A stretch of 64,000 nt of DNA from Lingula anatina (GCA_051362555.1 CM120647.1:62001-126000); one strand, 5' to 3'; positions 1-15,189 are shown, counted from the stretch's first letter. Program-made: numbers and translations. The notes: generated by a model from the sequence alone, not told the origin.

Positions 1-135
1 CATTAAAATAACCTGAAAAGTTTTTTATAATTATTATTTTTGGTACAAAACACAGGTACACAATTATAATGTACACTGTAAAAACATCCAAGTGCCTGCT
101 TTGTCTGATTTTTTTTCAACACATTTAGCTCCTTA

Positions 136-1579
136 TACCCCCGTCACACTAGAGGCAGAATGAACAAGAATGCCGGCGGAAAGACAATTCTTTGTGCATT
201 CCTGGATTGTCAAATATTGTTGTATGGTTGTGACCAATTGTGTTAAATTGTGTTAGAGGTGACTATGCAGTGGGCCCCTATAGTGGTAAAAAAGGAGTGA
301 AGTGAGTAGTTTTTCCATGTTGGAGGGAGTGTGGACTCCATGCGGGGTGAAGTTGTGACATGTTTGTTCGTCACACCTGGTTTGAATGTAATGTAAAACC
401 GTAAAATAATAATAAAAAATTGAACCAGCGCAAGTTTTTATTTACTTTTAACTTCAACACTGGATATTCAAAGAGCATTCTAAAAATTCTGAGTGCATTT
501 CAAATAGTTCTACCCATTCTTGTGGTCGGCCTGAATGTTAAAAACTTTCGAAGCGCATTCCAAGTGGAAAATTATTGAATGGCATTTGAATAGTATTCTA
601 ACAGCACTTTGACTGCATTCTTAATATTCTCACGGCATTCCGACAACATTCAAAACATTCTGATCACATTCGAGGGATATTCAAACTGGTACGAGACTTA
701 AGTGCCATTATCGGGAGGGAATTTCAAATTGCAGTCAGAATATTCCGAATGAAATTCAAATGCCGTACGAGTGTGGTTTGACTGCTGGTCGAATACAGGC
801 AGAAGTATGTAAGAAGGTGCCTAGAATGATATATGAAGCGAACTCAAATGCAGTCAACTTCTCCCGGTATGGCTGCCAATGATGGTTTGAAATATAAAGA
901 ATTCAAACATAATGCAGCTGAAATACCTAAAATACTTAATCAAAATTACTTTCTAACATGTTCAGAATGTAACACGATGACCAGAGTGTATAAATCTAGC
1001 CACAGGAATTGTAACTGATCATAATGTATCGAATGTTGTCGAAATGCCGTGAGAATATTTAGAATGCAGTCATAGTGCAGTTAGAATACTGTTCAAATAC
1101 TATTCGATAAATTTCCCCTGGAATGCACTTCGAAAAGTTTTTGACATGACAAAAACATTCGAGTCGGCCTAAAGAATGGGTAAAAATATTTGGAATGCAC
1201 TCATAATTTTTAGAATGTTTTTAGATTGCTATTCGAATATCCTGGAATGCACAAAGAATTGTATTTCCGACGCCATTCTTAATCATTCCGCCTCTAGTGT
1301 GACGGGGATTTTATTCTCCGCCAGAATGTTTCGAATGTGCCTCGGATGAGCTGAAATATTAATTTTGCCAGCAATCGAACTACACTAGTGTGCTGTTCAA
1401 AGTATATTCTAAATATTATTACTGCCTTCTTACAGCATTATAAATATTCCTAGTTTTCCAACTACATTCGAACTGCTTTTGAGAGCTACACAGTCGAAAA
1501 TGTGGTTCGAATTTTAAAATCTCTTCGTTCGGGCTCATTCTTCTTCATTCCTGCTGATTCCGAAAAAGTGACGGGGGTA
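136..1579. mobile_element. Foldback MITE, PIF/Harbinger-like
   Basis: Termini TACCCCCGTCAC...GTGACGGGGGTA flanked by TTA/TTA; an additional internal terminal copy near 1290-1307; long imperfect inverted repeats (~478-720 vs ~1020-1220); same family at 20262-20620 and 25942-26460. Confidence 0.7.
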
Positions 1580-1691
1580 TTAGCATGTTTTGCACCTAAG
1601 CATGGTACACCCTTTTAGCCTGGATGTAGGACATGTTTGATGGCTAAATATATGTAGCGTATATATGTATGGACCTTAAGTTAAAATTTCC

Positions 1692-1696
<5 letters not shown>

Positions 1697-1766
<70 letters not shown>
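1697..1766. repeat. (TA)n microsatellite
   Basis: Direct reading; another (TA)n at ~2594-2645. Confidence 0.95.
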
Positions 1767-1768
<2 letters not shown>

Positions 1769-2587
1769 CAAAGTCACCTCAACCTGTCTATCTATAACAG
1801 GGTACTCAGAACTGTCAACTTTATTAACTACACTCCATCACATTTACAGCAACTTATTCATCCTAGTGTTAGCTGACCTTGCAAGAAAGTTTATTGGAAT
1901 GTATTTCTGAATAACAAGTTAAGAAAATTCACTAGTTCACTAAAGACACAAAACAACTGTCACTTTTATTTTAAAACACTTTTTTATTATTTTGATAGAG
2001 TTAGTTGCAGTATTGATAAACAAAGTATCACGTTTTCAATAATTAATATTTTAAATTACAATCCATGTCTGCAAGGTTGTGTCAATGACCAAAATACAAC
2101 GTTGAATCAACGTAACATTAGGACGGTGTTTTGACGTGGCTGGATCAACGTTGATTCTACGTTGAATTTAGGTAGATAAATGGTATTTCAACGTATCAAC
2201 CTATTTTCAACGTTGATCTAACGCGACTATGCCTGATGGGTATATGTGCAGACACATCTGTGTCTGTACAAAGAACGACAAGTGTAATGCAGCAAGTCTG
2301 CAAAATTGCATAACAAAAATAATTTGAAGCCATTCAAACTCTCACACATACAAACGTAAGTGCATATATATGGAGGACGTACATACACCATCCACTCACT
2401 CTCATGACACACGCACACAAACATGAAACAAAAATCAATTGACATGTAGTAAAGTCAGGTTAAGGGATACATGAGATTTGGTCAGTCTTCATGATATAAA
2501 CATTTTGGTAACTATTCGCACATATACATTAACACTTTACACCTTTTTAATTGTGTTCTTCAACTTTCAGTTTTCACTTCATTAGAC

Positions 2588-2647
<60 letters not shown>

Positions 2648-5150
2648 TTTCAACTTTTGACACGGATCAAAAGGGTGGTTTTTCGTGACAAGTACTCACT
2701 ACTCATGCCCACATTTGCCTCTATTCAGATGGGCTTATTGGTGGAAAAAACTGCCTTCTGTAATTTCTATACCTCTAATTAAGTAACCTTTATGTGCCTC
2801 CTATGTTCATGGACCAACTCAAATACTTTCACCATTCACATTGTGATATTTCCCAGTGGCTGTGAATTTAGTCTTTCTTTAACAGCTCTCTTTCCTTCCT
2901 TCCTTGTCCTACAGTCATTCAACCTTGACCTTGCATGAGAATAGACTTGATGTCATGTTAAGTTACCAGTCAGACAATGTATACAGAACGTAATTAAATA
3001 GTGTTTATACAAAAAAGCCTGTGCTTTTACATTTTTGATAGCCCGCCTACTATCAAAGTCCAATAAATGATTTATACTATATAGTAAAGTAAGAAATAAC
3101 TTTAACTATACTGCTAACATAAGGCTAGCCTGCTGTAATCCTAATGAGATGAAAATGTGTTTTTTTTAATCAATGCGTTTCCAATAAATTTGTGCATTTA
3201 CTTTTTTGTAAAAATTGCATATTGGTGTTATATACTGTTCTGATACTTAACTTTCTTTTATTATCTTTATTTTTTATCCTCACTTACTTTTTAACGGATC
3301 CCTGCAATTCATATTAGGTAACATTAAGGAAAAGGGTGTTCTAGCCAAAACAAGAAAATATTAACTCCATTTTGTGTGATGGTGCATATCCATGAGGCTG
3401 AATGACATTTCCAAGGAACAGTGTTTTAATTACATGAATTTTAAATGTTTACTTAGTTTGGTTTGTCAGACAGATTAAATGTTTTGCGCTTTTAAAAAGA
3501 GAAGTGTAAATTTTAAACAGACTGGCGAATTATTTCAAATTATAATTGGAAGGGTCTTATTTGAAATAGTTTTATAGAGAGAGACAATAAAAGCAATAGT
3601 TCATAGACATAAATGTGAAGCAGAAATATAACAGAAAAGGCAGAAGTGCAGATCTGAATATAATGAATAAATTGCTGTTAAATGAACTTTTTATCCAATC
3701 CCGTTCAGTCCTTAAACAATAGACTACAACCTGGCCATTGGCCAGTATTTCATTGTAAATATTCATCCAATAAAAATTGTTTTATTTATAACTAGCAATA
3801 TCTTTCTACATAGTGTAACAAATATTTGCCAAAGTTCACATAGGATTTCTGGTGGAGTGAATCACAATATGTCATTTTTTATTTTTAAAGATTAAAGCAT
3901 AACTCTGGTCATATTTTCATTTTTAAATATACAGGCCTGATCCTTATTTTTATTATTAGTAAAACCTGTTTGGTCTGATATTCAGAATATTTAAGAAAAC
4001 TTGTAGTCCTGCTTAGTCGGGTCAGTGGATCAGTTTGGTCACGGGACGCTATGAATTGTGTTGAACATGGGGTTCCACTTTTGTTGTCCTTTTGGACATA
4101 CACAAATTTATAATCTCATTTTCCTGTAGGATGTAAGTGTTTGGAAGTATATTGTGTTTCCTGTGATATATAATCTCTGTAACCTACTGCACTTGGAAAA
4201 ATTGAATTTGCCTATGTTTACACCGACTTCACGGGAATATGAAAACTTTGCCAACTAGTTGGGACGCGAAAGCAATAGCCCGGGAGCAACCGTCTCATAT
4301 GACGGTTATTTAGGTAAATATCAGATTTGGTCTCGTTCACAAAATGGAGCCTTGCCGCTATAAGAAAAATTGGTGGAAGAAGAAGGCATAGAGACAGGTA
4401 AGATGTATACATATGTTTAAACAATGACCAATTTATTTATATAGTAATAAATTTGACAGGACAATAAAGTATATGCTTAAGTTACATTTTATACACCAAA
4501 GTAATTTTCGTATTTCGATTTCACTGAGTATTCTATGAAGTAACATTCGTCTTCCAAAATGGCCGCACACAAAGCTGCATTGTAAACATGTGTTTTCGAA
4601 TTGTGCCAAATGTAGATGTTGGATTTTTTTCTTTAACTGTTCGGGTTTTCCATAGTTTGATATTCCTTTTTGAACATATAAAATTTTTGGGAACCGACCA
4701 AACCCGTAACTTGGTGATTTTCGATATTTCCAACAAGGTGTATATTTAGCGTAATCGTTCACAGTGTCCGCTGATAGCCCTGGCAGTCTAGTCTCATACT
4801 GGGTTCACAGTTAAATATTTTATACTTGCTTTTTTATACAATTACACCATGTTTTATTGTAAATGAGATGAAATGGTTTGTGAATTGGCACGATTGTGCA
4901 TGGGGTGAGTGTAGGGGTATACATGTTTGTACCGTTAAATATAGTTGTGTAAGATACAAAATTGAAAACCAACCATAAGCATGTTTTCAAAAATATAATA
5001 ACAAAATTTAACTTTACACATACAGACTTGACATTGAATATAATATATTTTAGTTTCAAAGGTATACCTAGGTAAAATTGCGTTTTTTTTAAACTCATCT
5101 AAAATATCTGACTCTAGAAGTGTAAAGTCAAGTGTGTCGCTACCAATTAA

Positions 5151-5491
5151 AGGGATAATAACTCTTCGTATGAGGTCTATATTTCACAATTAAAACATTG
5201 TAAACAACTCATAGAGAATTTATATATATTCTGTTTCACCACAAATACGGCAGTTATAGCTATTATTCTGATATCTGAGCTTGTCTTTAGATCACGTGAC
5301 CTCCATTGATGGCTATGCTCTGTTATAATTTCTTAAGAGATTATAACAAAAAAATATTTTTTTAGAAAAAAGAAACAGGGACTAACTTTGAATGTAAAAA
5401 TGGATTCATTAACCATTGGTAAGTATGGGGAATATTTTGTTTACTCCAGGAAAATTCATTTTTTGGCCAAAACGAGAGAGTCATTATCCCT
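5151..5491. mobile_element. Non-autonomous TIR element with TTAA target site (Kolobok-like)
   Basis: TTAA|AGGGATAATACTCT ... AGAGTCATTATCCCT|TTAA; related internal sequence near 47330-47540. Confidence 0.65.
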
Positions 5492-5719
5492 TTAACTAAC
5501 TACCAAGTCTGTTGCACTGCTGCATTGTGTAATATGCAGTGATTTAATTGGGTAGTGCCCCTTTGGACTGGTCAAAGCTTGACTTTGGCGAAGCATGGTT
5601 CTGTCAAAAAAGTATCCATAAGTCGGCAACTACTGCATAGAAGAATTTGAAATTTTGCATGCAAATGGTCAGTTTTGCAGTTTTCCATAAAATGAGTTAA
5701 GCATTGTTTTACCAAATTG

Positions 5720-7030
5720 TTGATATGCGCCAGAATGGCGCGAAAAAACAGACATTGGCAACAGACAAACAGACATTGTGTCAAACGGGATGGTCTGCAC
5801 AGTTTTATAGATTTATGACCAGACTGATTTATCTACACAGAGGCCACGCCCAATGTATCGACATCTTACCACCAGGGTACAGGACTCGGGAAAGGCTGCT
5901 GCAACTAAACAGAAACCACCCAGTCCGTTCAGAACGAGAGACAAATTTTTACCAAGACGCGTTTTTCAAGGCTCTTAGCGAACACCAAACTTGTTTCGGC
6001 AGGTTAGGATACCAGACGACCTCCGAGGAAGCCACTGTAAAAAGCAAAACAGCATCGTCTGTTTCTCTAAAAAATTGGGGACCATGACCGTTTCTGGGTA
6101 GAACACTGAACCCGCTTGGCTTTCTTTATTGAGGTCAGATTTCGCCTGCACCGCTTAACTGCTCAAAACAGAGTTTACAGACATCCTGAAGAGGACTACG
6201 ACGAAGCATGTGCCGCTTCTCAAGTGACTAGAGTCATTGACAGCGTCAGTATTTTGAGATGAGTAAATACCACATTGGTGCCTAAACACCAATGGTAGTC
6301 ATCGATGAGCCTCAACCAGATCAAATAAAGGAATAATCTGGGGACCACTAGACTATCATTTGATAGGGGGCACCTTAGGAACAATTTTAGGTTGCACGAT
6401 GAGATTGCCAGTTCACAAAGAACAATTTCAATAGCAGATAAATTACAGAACAAAGGGAATGAGCAGCTGTCTCGGTGATCAAAATCGCCATATTTGAATC
6501 ACATAGACAATAAGTGTGTAGGTCATTACTCGCCGAATCAACGGCCTGCATGTCCTACAACAAATCTGAACCAAATTGGACAAGATTTAATCGTTGCCTG
6601 GAATTTTATTCCAGATTAAACTTATCCTAACGAATGCCTTGCCGCTTGAAAGCTCTGGTAGCAGCAAGATGAGGTGCGGCGTAACAGCGACCATTGCTGT
6701 GACTGGACACTGACATGAGGGTCATTGTGGGGCGTGTAACTCTTTTCAAGACGATAATTTGGAAAATATGGAGATCCAAAATATCGCTTTCAATGTTTGT
6801 CGTATGACATAGAATAAGCAATGTATTTTTGTTTGCTTTCCTGGCGAATTCAATTAACGAACTGATGTCACAATGACATCAAAGAAGTTATCAAAAGCTA
6901 CTGAAACACGATTTTAATCCTTATTTTCATTTATCTGTCTGCAAAATATGAAAAATAACTGATAAATTATGATTTGGATAAAATGTTCCATATTAAATAT
7001 CAAGTCTATATTTGCCCTTTTGTCAAGGGT
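5720..7030 (+). mobile_element. Decayed Tc1/mariner transposon, copy A
   Basis: Frameshifted remnants of RPR-type HTH and WPxxSPDLNPIE-like motifs; colinear with a second copy at ~16020-17245. Confidence 0.7.
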
Positions 7031-7154
7031 CAAATGTATGATATCAATATGGGAAAAACTTGTTACTCAAAAATAAATTTTATTTAATTTTTTACCTTTA
7101 TTGGTTGGCGATTTTCAATAGATAAACAGTGTTCAGCATAAAATGCGACTAGTA

Positions 7155-7156
<2 letters not shown>

Positions 7157-7196
<40 letters not shown>

Positions 7197-7322
7197 TTTC
7201 AAATTGTGATAGCCATATCACAGGCAAATTTTCATCATAGGAAAATGTTTGTTTTGCTCCATTGATTATTTTGTTCAAACCCATCCTCCACACACACACA
7301 TACGCACACACACACACACACA
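7157..7322. repeat. (GT)n and (CA)n microsatellites in inverted arrangement
   Basis: (GT)n at 7157-7192 and (CA)n at 7289-7322. Confidence 0.9.
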
Positions 7323-10300
7323 TTTTTATTACTAGAGTACCTGCTGGATTTGTCACCAAAACTAGTTTTGTAGCTAGGGGAACAGATCTTAATGATTTTG
7401 AGGATATGGCATCATACATGTATGCATCATTTTGTTACCACAATTTTATTTTCTAGTTTGTCTTTCAGGTTGACTACTCTCTTTCTCTCTCTTTTTCTCT
7501 CTCATCACACGCAAACTCCCTCACACACACACCTGGAAACACATGGCTTATTAGTTTGTGAAAGAAATTGTTTCATGAAAAAAAAAGAACATTATATTTG
7601 TAATACTCCTTTTTGGATTTAATTTATATATATTATGTATTTTATGAAAAATAAATGTACCAGTACAATAATTAGTAAATGATAGTTGTGAATACTGTAA
7701 TTTATCGATTTGTAATCTTCAGGGCATGATTTAAAAGGGATTTTAATTGAGTTGAAGATGTGCATGTTTGCCACAGTTCAGCTCCTGCATGATGAGCTTT
7801 ATTCATCTATACTGATACATTTTGAGAGTAAAAAGTGCTATTATAGCCAATTCGCTTGTTACCAGCTTCCCTATTACTAAGGTTGTGATCTATCATTGTA
7901 CCACCAGCGTAGGCCCGAAGGAAGTACGGGAAAAAAAATTCTACAGATGGCTGACTGAAAGTCATATATGGATATTTCAAATATGTCCTTGTATTTGACC
8001 TTTGACCTTTATTTCAAGGTCGACGGGCCATAATTTTCTAAAAATGGGACTTTTTTGCCAAAAAAAAAAAAAAAAAAATCTGCCGATTTTCAGAAACGCA
8101 AAGACCTAACATTTAATATTATGGACAGGTGTTACGCTTAGGGTCATCTTTCGTCTACGTGAGTTTGTGGTCAGTCGGTGAGTAGCGGCCATAAGATGCA
8201 AAAATAAAAACCCTCTCCAATTCAGGAACCGCAAATGCTAGAGACATTTTTTTGCTAGAGACCTTTTTCTTTTGCATTTTGTAGAGCTTATCAAGCGCAA
8301 CACTGGAAGTTGTGTCTGTTTTTTGTTTTCCTTATGGATTACGAGTTAGACTGTGGTGGTGAACATAAAATGTATAATATACGGTAATATGCCACACATT
8401 TCGAACGTCAGGAAAAGACAGAATTCCATGAAATTCAAAAATCTGGAATTTCTCAGCACCTCTCATTTCATAAATGTTGACCAAAACAATATTTTTGTTA
8501 TTTCAATCCATTTTTTCTGTACGAAATTTGTGGCACATTATCATAACTCAAAAATTAGCAAAGATACACCCATTTTTGTCCCTTACAGGTATATCTCTAA
8601 AACTGGCAGAGATATGCCCATAGTTACTATTGAACTTGAATATACTGGCAATCCTAACTGTGATCTTGAAATTGACATTTGACCTACTTTTTTACCATGA
8701 ACCGCACTTCACAAATTTGGATTTTAACTTTTACTTTTCCCCATGATTATGTTTTTCAAACATAATTAAAACATAATTTTAAAAACATAATTACCATATA
8801 AAACATAATTACCATAAATTTCCATTTAAAAATGGTAAATTTCAACAAAAGTATTTAGAACTCTAGGGTGCATTTTGTAGAGCTTGTCAAGCACAGCACT
8901 GGAGGTGGTGTCCCTTTTGCCCTTACTCCAGCTGGTGGTACAATACCCGGAGGTCTCTGATGCTCTATTTTCTATTGATTTCCGTGTGTATTGTTATTGT
9001 TGTTGTTACTGTTGTTGTTGTGTGTTTATGTGTGTTAGAAAAGTATTTTTATGTTACTTTTTAATATTTTAATTCAATATTTTTCTAGGCTTGAAGAACA
9101 TGAATGGGACCAGGATTAATCATTTTGCCATTCCTTGGCCTGCAATAATTATGACAGAAGCACCTATCATTTCCTCTGACATCCTTTTAAGAGATGAAAA
9201 ATATTTTTTGTGCTGTGCTAGCTCTTGCTAATAATAATAATATTTATTGATCATCAGTATAACTAAGTTTATCATATTATTTTACCGGTAGGTTTAAACC
9301 ATGCACCAAAAGTACGTTATATGCATTTAAAAACACATTGATTTAAGTTTAATGCCCAAGCTTTTGCATACATGACGTGGCTTGTAGACAAAAATTATAC
9401 ATACAAAAATAAAAGTTAATTCAAATTTAAATATGGATCGGTACAGTAGTAACTGGGTATCTGTGAAATAAAGAAAAAATGCCGACCTCAAGTAAATTTA
9501 TAAAATTATATTATTTGTTAATATTGGTCCCAGGCCTACCCAACTAGCAGACTCGGCACCGAATGTTCCCGAATTCACTGGTAGAACGGACCACACTACC
9601 CGTTTTCAAGGTGTAGGCATTTCACAGTATCATACCCGGAACAAATTTTGAGTGGTTATGTAATACTTTCCAACCCCGCTGAGAATCATCGCTATCACAT
9701 TGCGTACTAGGCAAGAGCGGTGTCGCGTCTGATACTTCGAAATGTCACAATATTGATATTTTCTGTTAACGATATTATGTTTTAGATGTTATACAAGCTG
9801 CTAATATGTAAAAATAAAATAAAGCAAAATCAATTGATAAAAAAGGTCTCATTTGTTTTGTTTTTCATTTGTCTTTTTATGAAAAGAAACTCTCATTAGT
9901 TGGGCTCATGCAATAGATAAATTTTTATTTACAAAGAAATATGAAATATGTATATTTTCATTTCCCCAATTCTTCCTGTGAAAGCTGTGTAGGGGGGGGG
10001 GGGCAAAACGAGGCTAGATTACAACTAGAATGTACTAAATCAAACCAAGGCTGGTATACAGATATTGCAAGTACGACCATTTTTTGCATACACGGCTGTG
10101 AATTGATTTGTGCCATTCCTGGATGAAGGTTAAGTTCCATACATGCTTACATTGACAGAAAGCTGAATGAATTTGAGCTGACCTGAGTAGCGCGAGCATC
10201 TGGCGCAGCGCAAGTGGCGCGCGCCAAATGCTCGCCGTGTGCGGGGGACTTTAACGGTATGAAAATATTTCGGCTTGTGTTTGATAATATTCATTTATAA

Positions 10301-11791
10301 CATTGTAGCAATTTTGTAATAATTGAAACGCACTAGTGTGACACGCTTCAATAATGGGAGTGCTTGGCGTCGAGTTCGCCTCGCGCAAAAGAAATGGACA
10401 AAGGTGAATTTACAAAACATACCCTGTATATATATATATATACTGCCAGAAACCCACTTTAATTGGCTTTCTTGAACTAGTTTTTGAAAAATTGTACAAT
10501 TTAAACTTCTTATAGAAATCTTTTAATAGATAAATTTCCAATTTTACCATTTTAAATCTATTTTTCACGACTACTAACCTTAAATTTCCGAATCCCTCTA
10601 GATATTCCCGATTCTTTTTATATACCTATCGTTTAATCACATCAATATTGACAAAAATACACATGAAAATAAGAAGAGCTCAAAAGTCGTCCATTTTAAC
10701 TCAAGTTTGCTGAAGGTAGGGGAGACCGTGGTTAGTTGGATACCCATCAATTTAAGAAAAAAAGTAACTACGGGATAAAAAAAAAACTGATCACATCATT
10801 TAACAAAGTCACCGTATCCAATAATGCCAAGAAAGCGTAGGTCGTATAAAAGTTTTATCAAGGCGGTGAGTCCAGATAAAAGAATTCTGCATCTTAAAGT
10901 AACTTTATTAAAGAGATTTTAAAATCTATTTTCATAGGTTTTTGATCGAATATAATATATTTATAGGGCGTCAAACTGAAGCTCATTGTTTCAGTGTTCA
11001 CAGAAATGTTTCATCGTTCTTCATTCTCGGACCGAAAATGGCTGCACCTGGGGCTAGTTGCCCCCTTTTGCTCGGGGCAAGTTGGAACCTCATATAGACC
11101 ACATTCCTTTGCGCACAACAGAGCTAAAAACCATTGTTAAAACAAAGTCAGTGGTTTGTTAAATAATTACCAGTTTAAAACTAAATTTGTTAGTTTCTTT
11201 TTAAACAAGAATATATTACTCGTTTTTCATTCATTAAAAACTGCTTTATATTATTGGTATAGTTTATTCTTAATTAAAACAAAACAAATTTAATTAATAT
11301 ATATTTTGGTTTTTGCAACACATACAGCGTAACGTACAGAAACCTCAATATCTTTGCCTCATTTGAATTACTTATTCATCAAACACTCTCAAAAATCAAT
11401 TTATAAAACATAAATATATAAAAATGTATTTTGTAGCGTTTACATGGAATACTTACTGCATTTTTATATAGAGTGCCAATTTGCCCCGACCCTGGGGCCA
11501 ACTTGCCCCTTGACGTCATTTGCGTTTCTGGTCAAATTGTGAGCCATCTGGCATTATATTTGAAAAATAATGATGTTGCATATTTACTTTAAAACCGGTT
11601 TTTGTTGCCCTTACTCATTACCAGTTGGCTCTATAAGGCCAAAAGTGTATTACGGGGCCAACTAGTGCGAACATGGCCGTCGCTTCAGCCAGTGTGCACG
11701 TGTAGCCCGGAATCTGCGAACAGACTGAATCTATTATTAAAACGTAAAAAAAACTAGTATATAATGCACTCACGGTAGATAAAGCATACGC

Positions 11792-11942
11792 CTACGCCAT
11801 CAGCATAAGTGTCGTTGTCAGGATTGCTAACATCCAAAAGACCAGCGTCCATAGTCTGGGAGTCATTGCCCAAGGTAGAGTGATCACCAGTTATGAACAC
11901 AAATGTGACCAGGAGAGACACACAGAAATGAAACATCTCCAT
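11792..11942 (-). CDS. Possible first exon of a secreted-protein gene or pseudogene (MEMFHFCVSLLVTFVFITGDHSTLG-NDSQ...)
   Basis: TATATAA ~45 nt upstream, AAAAATGG start context, hydrophobic signal-like N-terminus then acidic segment, candidate GT donor near 11790; no convincing intact downstream exon found. Confidence 0.3.
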
Positions 11943-13287
11943 TTTTGTCGAGTCGCTTTCTAAAGTTTATGTTAAATGCTCTTATATAGAGTTGTCCATA
12001 ACCCACACAGGAAAATTGGGTGTCACCTTAATCAAGAATTCGTGATGCGCAGTCACGCTGTCAAATTATATCGTAGGCCTATCTTAATCCTAGGTCCCAA
12101 CCAAACGTACGGGCTGCTACGTGTGGTCTACGGCCAAAAAATGGGGAAAACGTGGGAGTTCGTGAGTAAGGAGCACGTCCATCGTGCGACTTTTGGAGGA
12201 CACAAACAGCACGTAGAAACTTTTCACCAATTACGTCCTAGCTGGACGCAAGGAACCTAAAAACCGTGAGTCCAAAACGTAGTTGGAACTTAGGCTTTAA
12301 GAACGACCTCTCGATAAACCACCCTCGTGCACCATGATAATATGACCGCGTACATATTCTGATGGAGTTACAACAGCTGCCAAACTAAATTTTCAAGCTG
12401 AAAAAAGATTTATTCAGTATATCAATATGAATGTCACGACCATGTGTTTCCCATATCAAGTGTTGAATTCCTCCAAACGAAAAGCACATTTTCTACCTCT
12501 AGCTTTTGCCGCAAAATATGCCAACACCTTTTAGCACTGTTTGTCCTCAAATAATTTGCAGTAATGTTGCTTATTTTCATATACAGGGGGTATGGTATTT
12601 TTAATCTAATATGCACGTTAGATATGGCGTAAACGTACTTAAATCACTGTCGCCCAGTAACCCTAAACCTCCGTAATGTTTATAAAAGTAGATGTCAGAA
12701 AATGCAATAACTTATTTGGAAATAAGTGTGAAAATAACAGGTCAAACGGTTATCCACCTATAGTGTTGTCACTGAAAGTACACAGTACATAGGCAACGAA
12801 GACAGACGCAGATGATGGCTATATGTACAGACACGATGTGTCTCTACGTAAAAAGAGGGACTCTGCATTTCAAAGGGGACTATTCATTTTAAGTCTCAGA
12901 TTCCTAGGACCGTGCGCTCTTAGCGTACATCGTGGAGATTGGTCCATTGGTCACGTATTGATCCGGTCACATGAATGTTGAATGAGAATAATTAAATCAG
13001 CTATATGCAGTTCCCACTTTTTGATGTGTAACTCAGAAAAAACGACTTTATGTCTTCGCTATTTAACCGCCGATTCAGGATTGCAGCGTGCTTTCCCAAA
13101 TATGTGAAATTAAGTGTACTCTTTCCTGATAATTTTATGTGTTTTATGTTACATTTTCCAAAATTTATAAATATAGAGCATTTATGATATTCTAAGCGAA
13201 ATACGTGCTCACAAGTTTAGTATGTCATGTTGAAATGTTGATGCCCATGTCCCCTTGTTATTACCCAGTATCGTGGACGTGTATATA

Positions 13288-14946
13288 TACAAAATGGGTC
13301 ACAAAGGTTGTCCCACCCTCATTTCCATGTACTTATTTTTACAAATGATCACCTCACAGATGTAAATTGTTATAAACGGTGCCTTTTACTCCAGATACCA
13401 TTTCTAACCTGATTAATGGTTCAGAAAATACAAAAGAGTGGTGAAAATATGTACATTTTATACCATTTAATCAAATGTATAACAGATACCCCCCTCAAAT
13501 CCAATGTTTCACTGTGATTTCTACAGATGTAAAGAAATGTCTATTCAATTGAAAAGACGCCATCAAATGTCACCAAATTTACACACAATTAGCATTAGGG
13601 TGTGCTCGTTAAAGGTCACGTGCCTAATAGCGAGTGCGGCAACCGCGTACTGCAATTATCTCCTGTAGATGGCGCGACAAGTCTTCAACACGGGTAATCT
13701 TTCTGTTTTGTGGGATATTGTCCCATTCATATTAAAGAGCGTGGCGGAATTGGTCCAGATTAGTTGGGAATTGGTTCTCCTCTGCAATGATCATTCCAAT
13801 TAATGCCACAAGTGATGAATAGGATTAATATTAAGACTCAAAGATGGTTGTCCCATCCTCAGAGACCTGTGTTTCTGCAACAAATCGCTTGCCAGACGAG
13901 AACTGTGAGCATGTGCGTTGTCACAATGAAGCCGGCAGCATCCCTGGAGTCACCTCTTGCAAATGGAGTGAGCTATCTGTTGAGAATGTTACAGTAAAAT
14001 GTCCAAGTTACGTTTTGTTCCAAAAGGAACGATGTTCTAATACCATGGGCTTGGAATGTTCTCCAGATGCGGACTGATCTAACACCTCAGGTGATATTAT
14101 CCTGCACACACCCTTCCAAGAGCCATTTTTCAACATGTCTGTGGACCCTCATTTGACCATCGATGGGGCACAAGAAATAAATTGATTCTGCGTCAAAACC
14201 GACATCCTTCCAGTGATGGATGGCTACGTTCAGATGCCTGTGGGATCAATGAACGTAGCATTCTCAGCTGATATCTCACTCCATCTTCAAGGACTGACTT
14301 ATGGGTTAACTCAAGGCTTCATCATGACGGCAAACTTGCTCACACTTCTCGCCTGGCAAGTGATTTCTTGTAGAAACACAATGCTTTAAGGATGGACCCG
14401 CCATCTTTGATCCCTGATATTAACCTTACTAATCAACTGTGACATGTATTGGAGTGTGAATTATAGAGGAGACCCAATTCCATAAAAACGTGGACCATCT
14501 CCCCCAAGTTGTTTAAGAAGAATGGGACAATATCCTACAAAACAGAACTGTTACCCGTGCTGAATGCTTGTCGCGCCATCTACAGGAGATAATTGCAGTA
14601 CGTGGTAACCGCACTCGCTATTAGGCACGTGACCTTTAACGAGCACACCCTAATGCTAATTGTGTGTAAATTTGGTGACATTTGATGGCCTAAATAGACC
14701 TTTCTTTACATCTGTTGAAATCACAGTGAAACATTGGATTTGAGGGGGTATCTGTTATAAATTTTACTTAATGATATACAATTTGTACATTTTCACCACT
14801 ATTTTATATCTTTTGAACCCTTAAACATGTTAGACACGGTATCTGGAATAAAAAGCACTATTTCTAATAATTTACAGCTGTGAGGTGATCGTTTGTAAAT
14901 AAAAGTACATGGAAATGGGGGTGGGACAACCTTTTTGACCAATGTA
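13288..14946 (-). mobile_element. Tc1/mariner element with long (~430 bp) terminal inverted repeats and decayed transposase
   Basis: ~13297-13735 is the inverted copy of ~14520-14940; TA at both ends; internal minus-strand remnant of the NPIEHLW-like motif. Confidence 0.75.
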
Positions 14947-15189
14947 TATTTCACTTCGTTTAGATCCATTAATGACGGTATTGACCATTTTACTCGTTGT
15001 GTTTGGTATGAACGTATGAAAGCAAACATCAATTAAAGTTACCCTGCATAACTCTATTTTATACTACAATAATTTAGACCATCAACCTTTTCTATAAAAT
15101 CATTATTAATTATTGCGTTTGAGTATCGGAATCGCGAGAGTGCCTTGTGCATGAATTCATTCTTTGCCATTGTGCCCAATCTATTGCAT

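Noticed and set aside
7084-7622. His/Thr- or Cys/Val-rich short ORFs
   Set aside because: Translations of (CA)n/(GT)n microsatellites.
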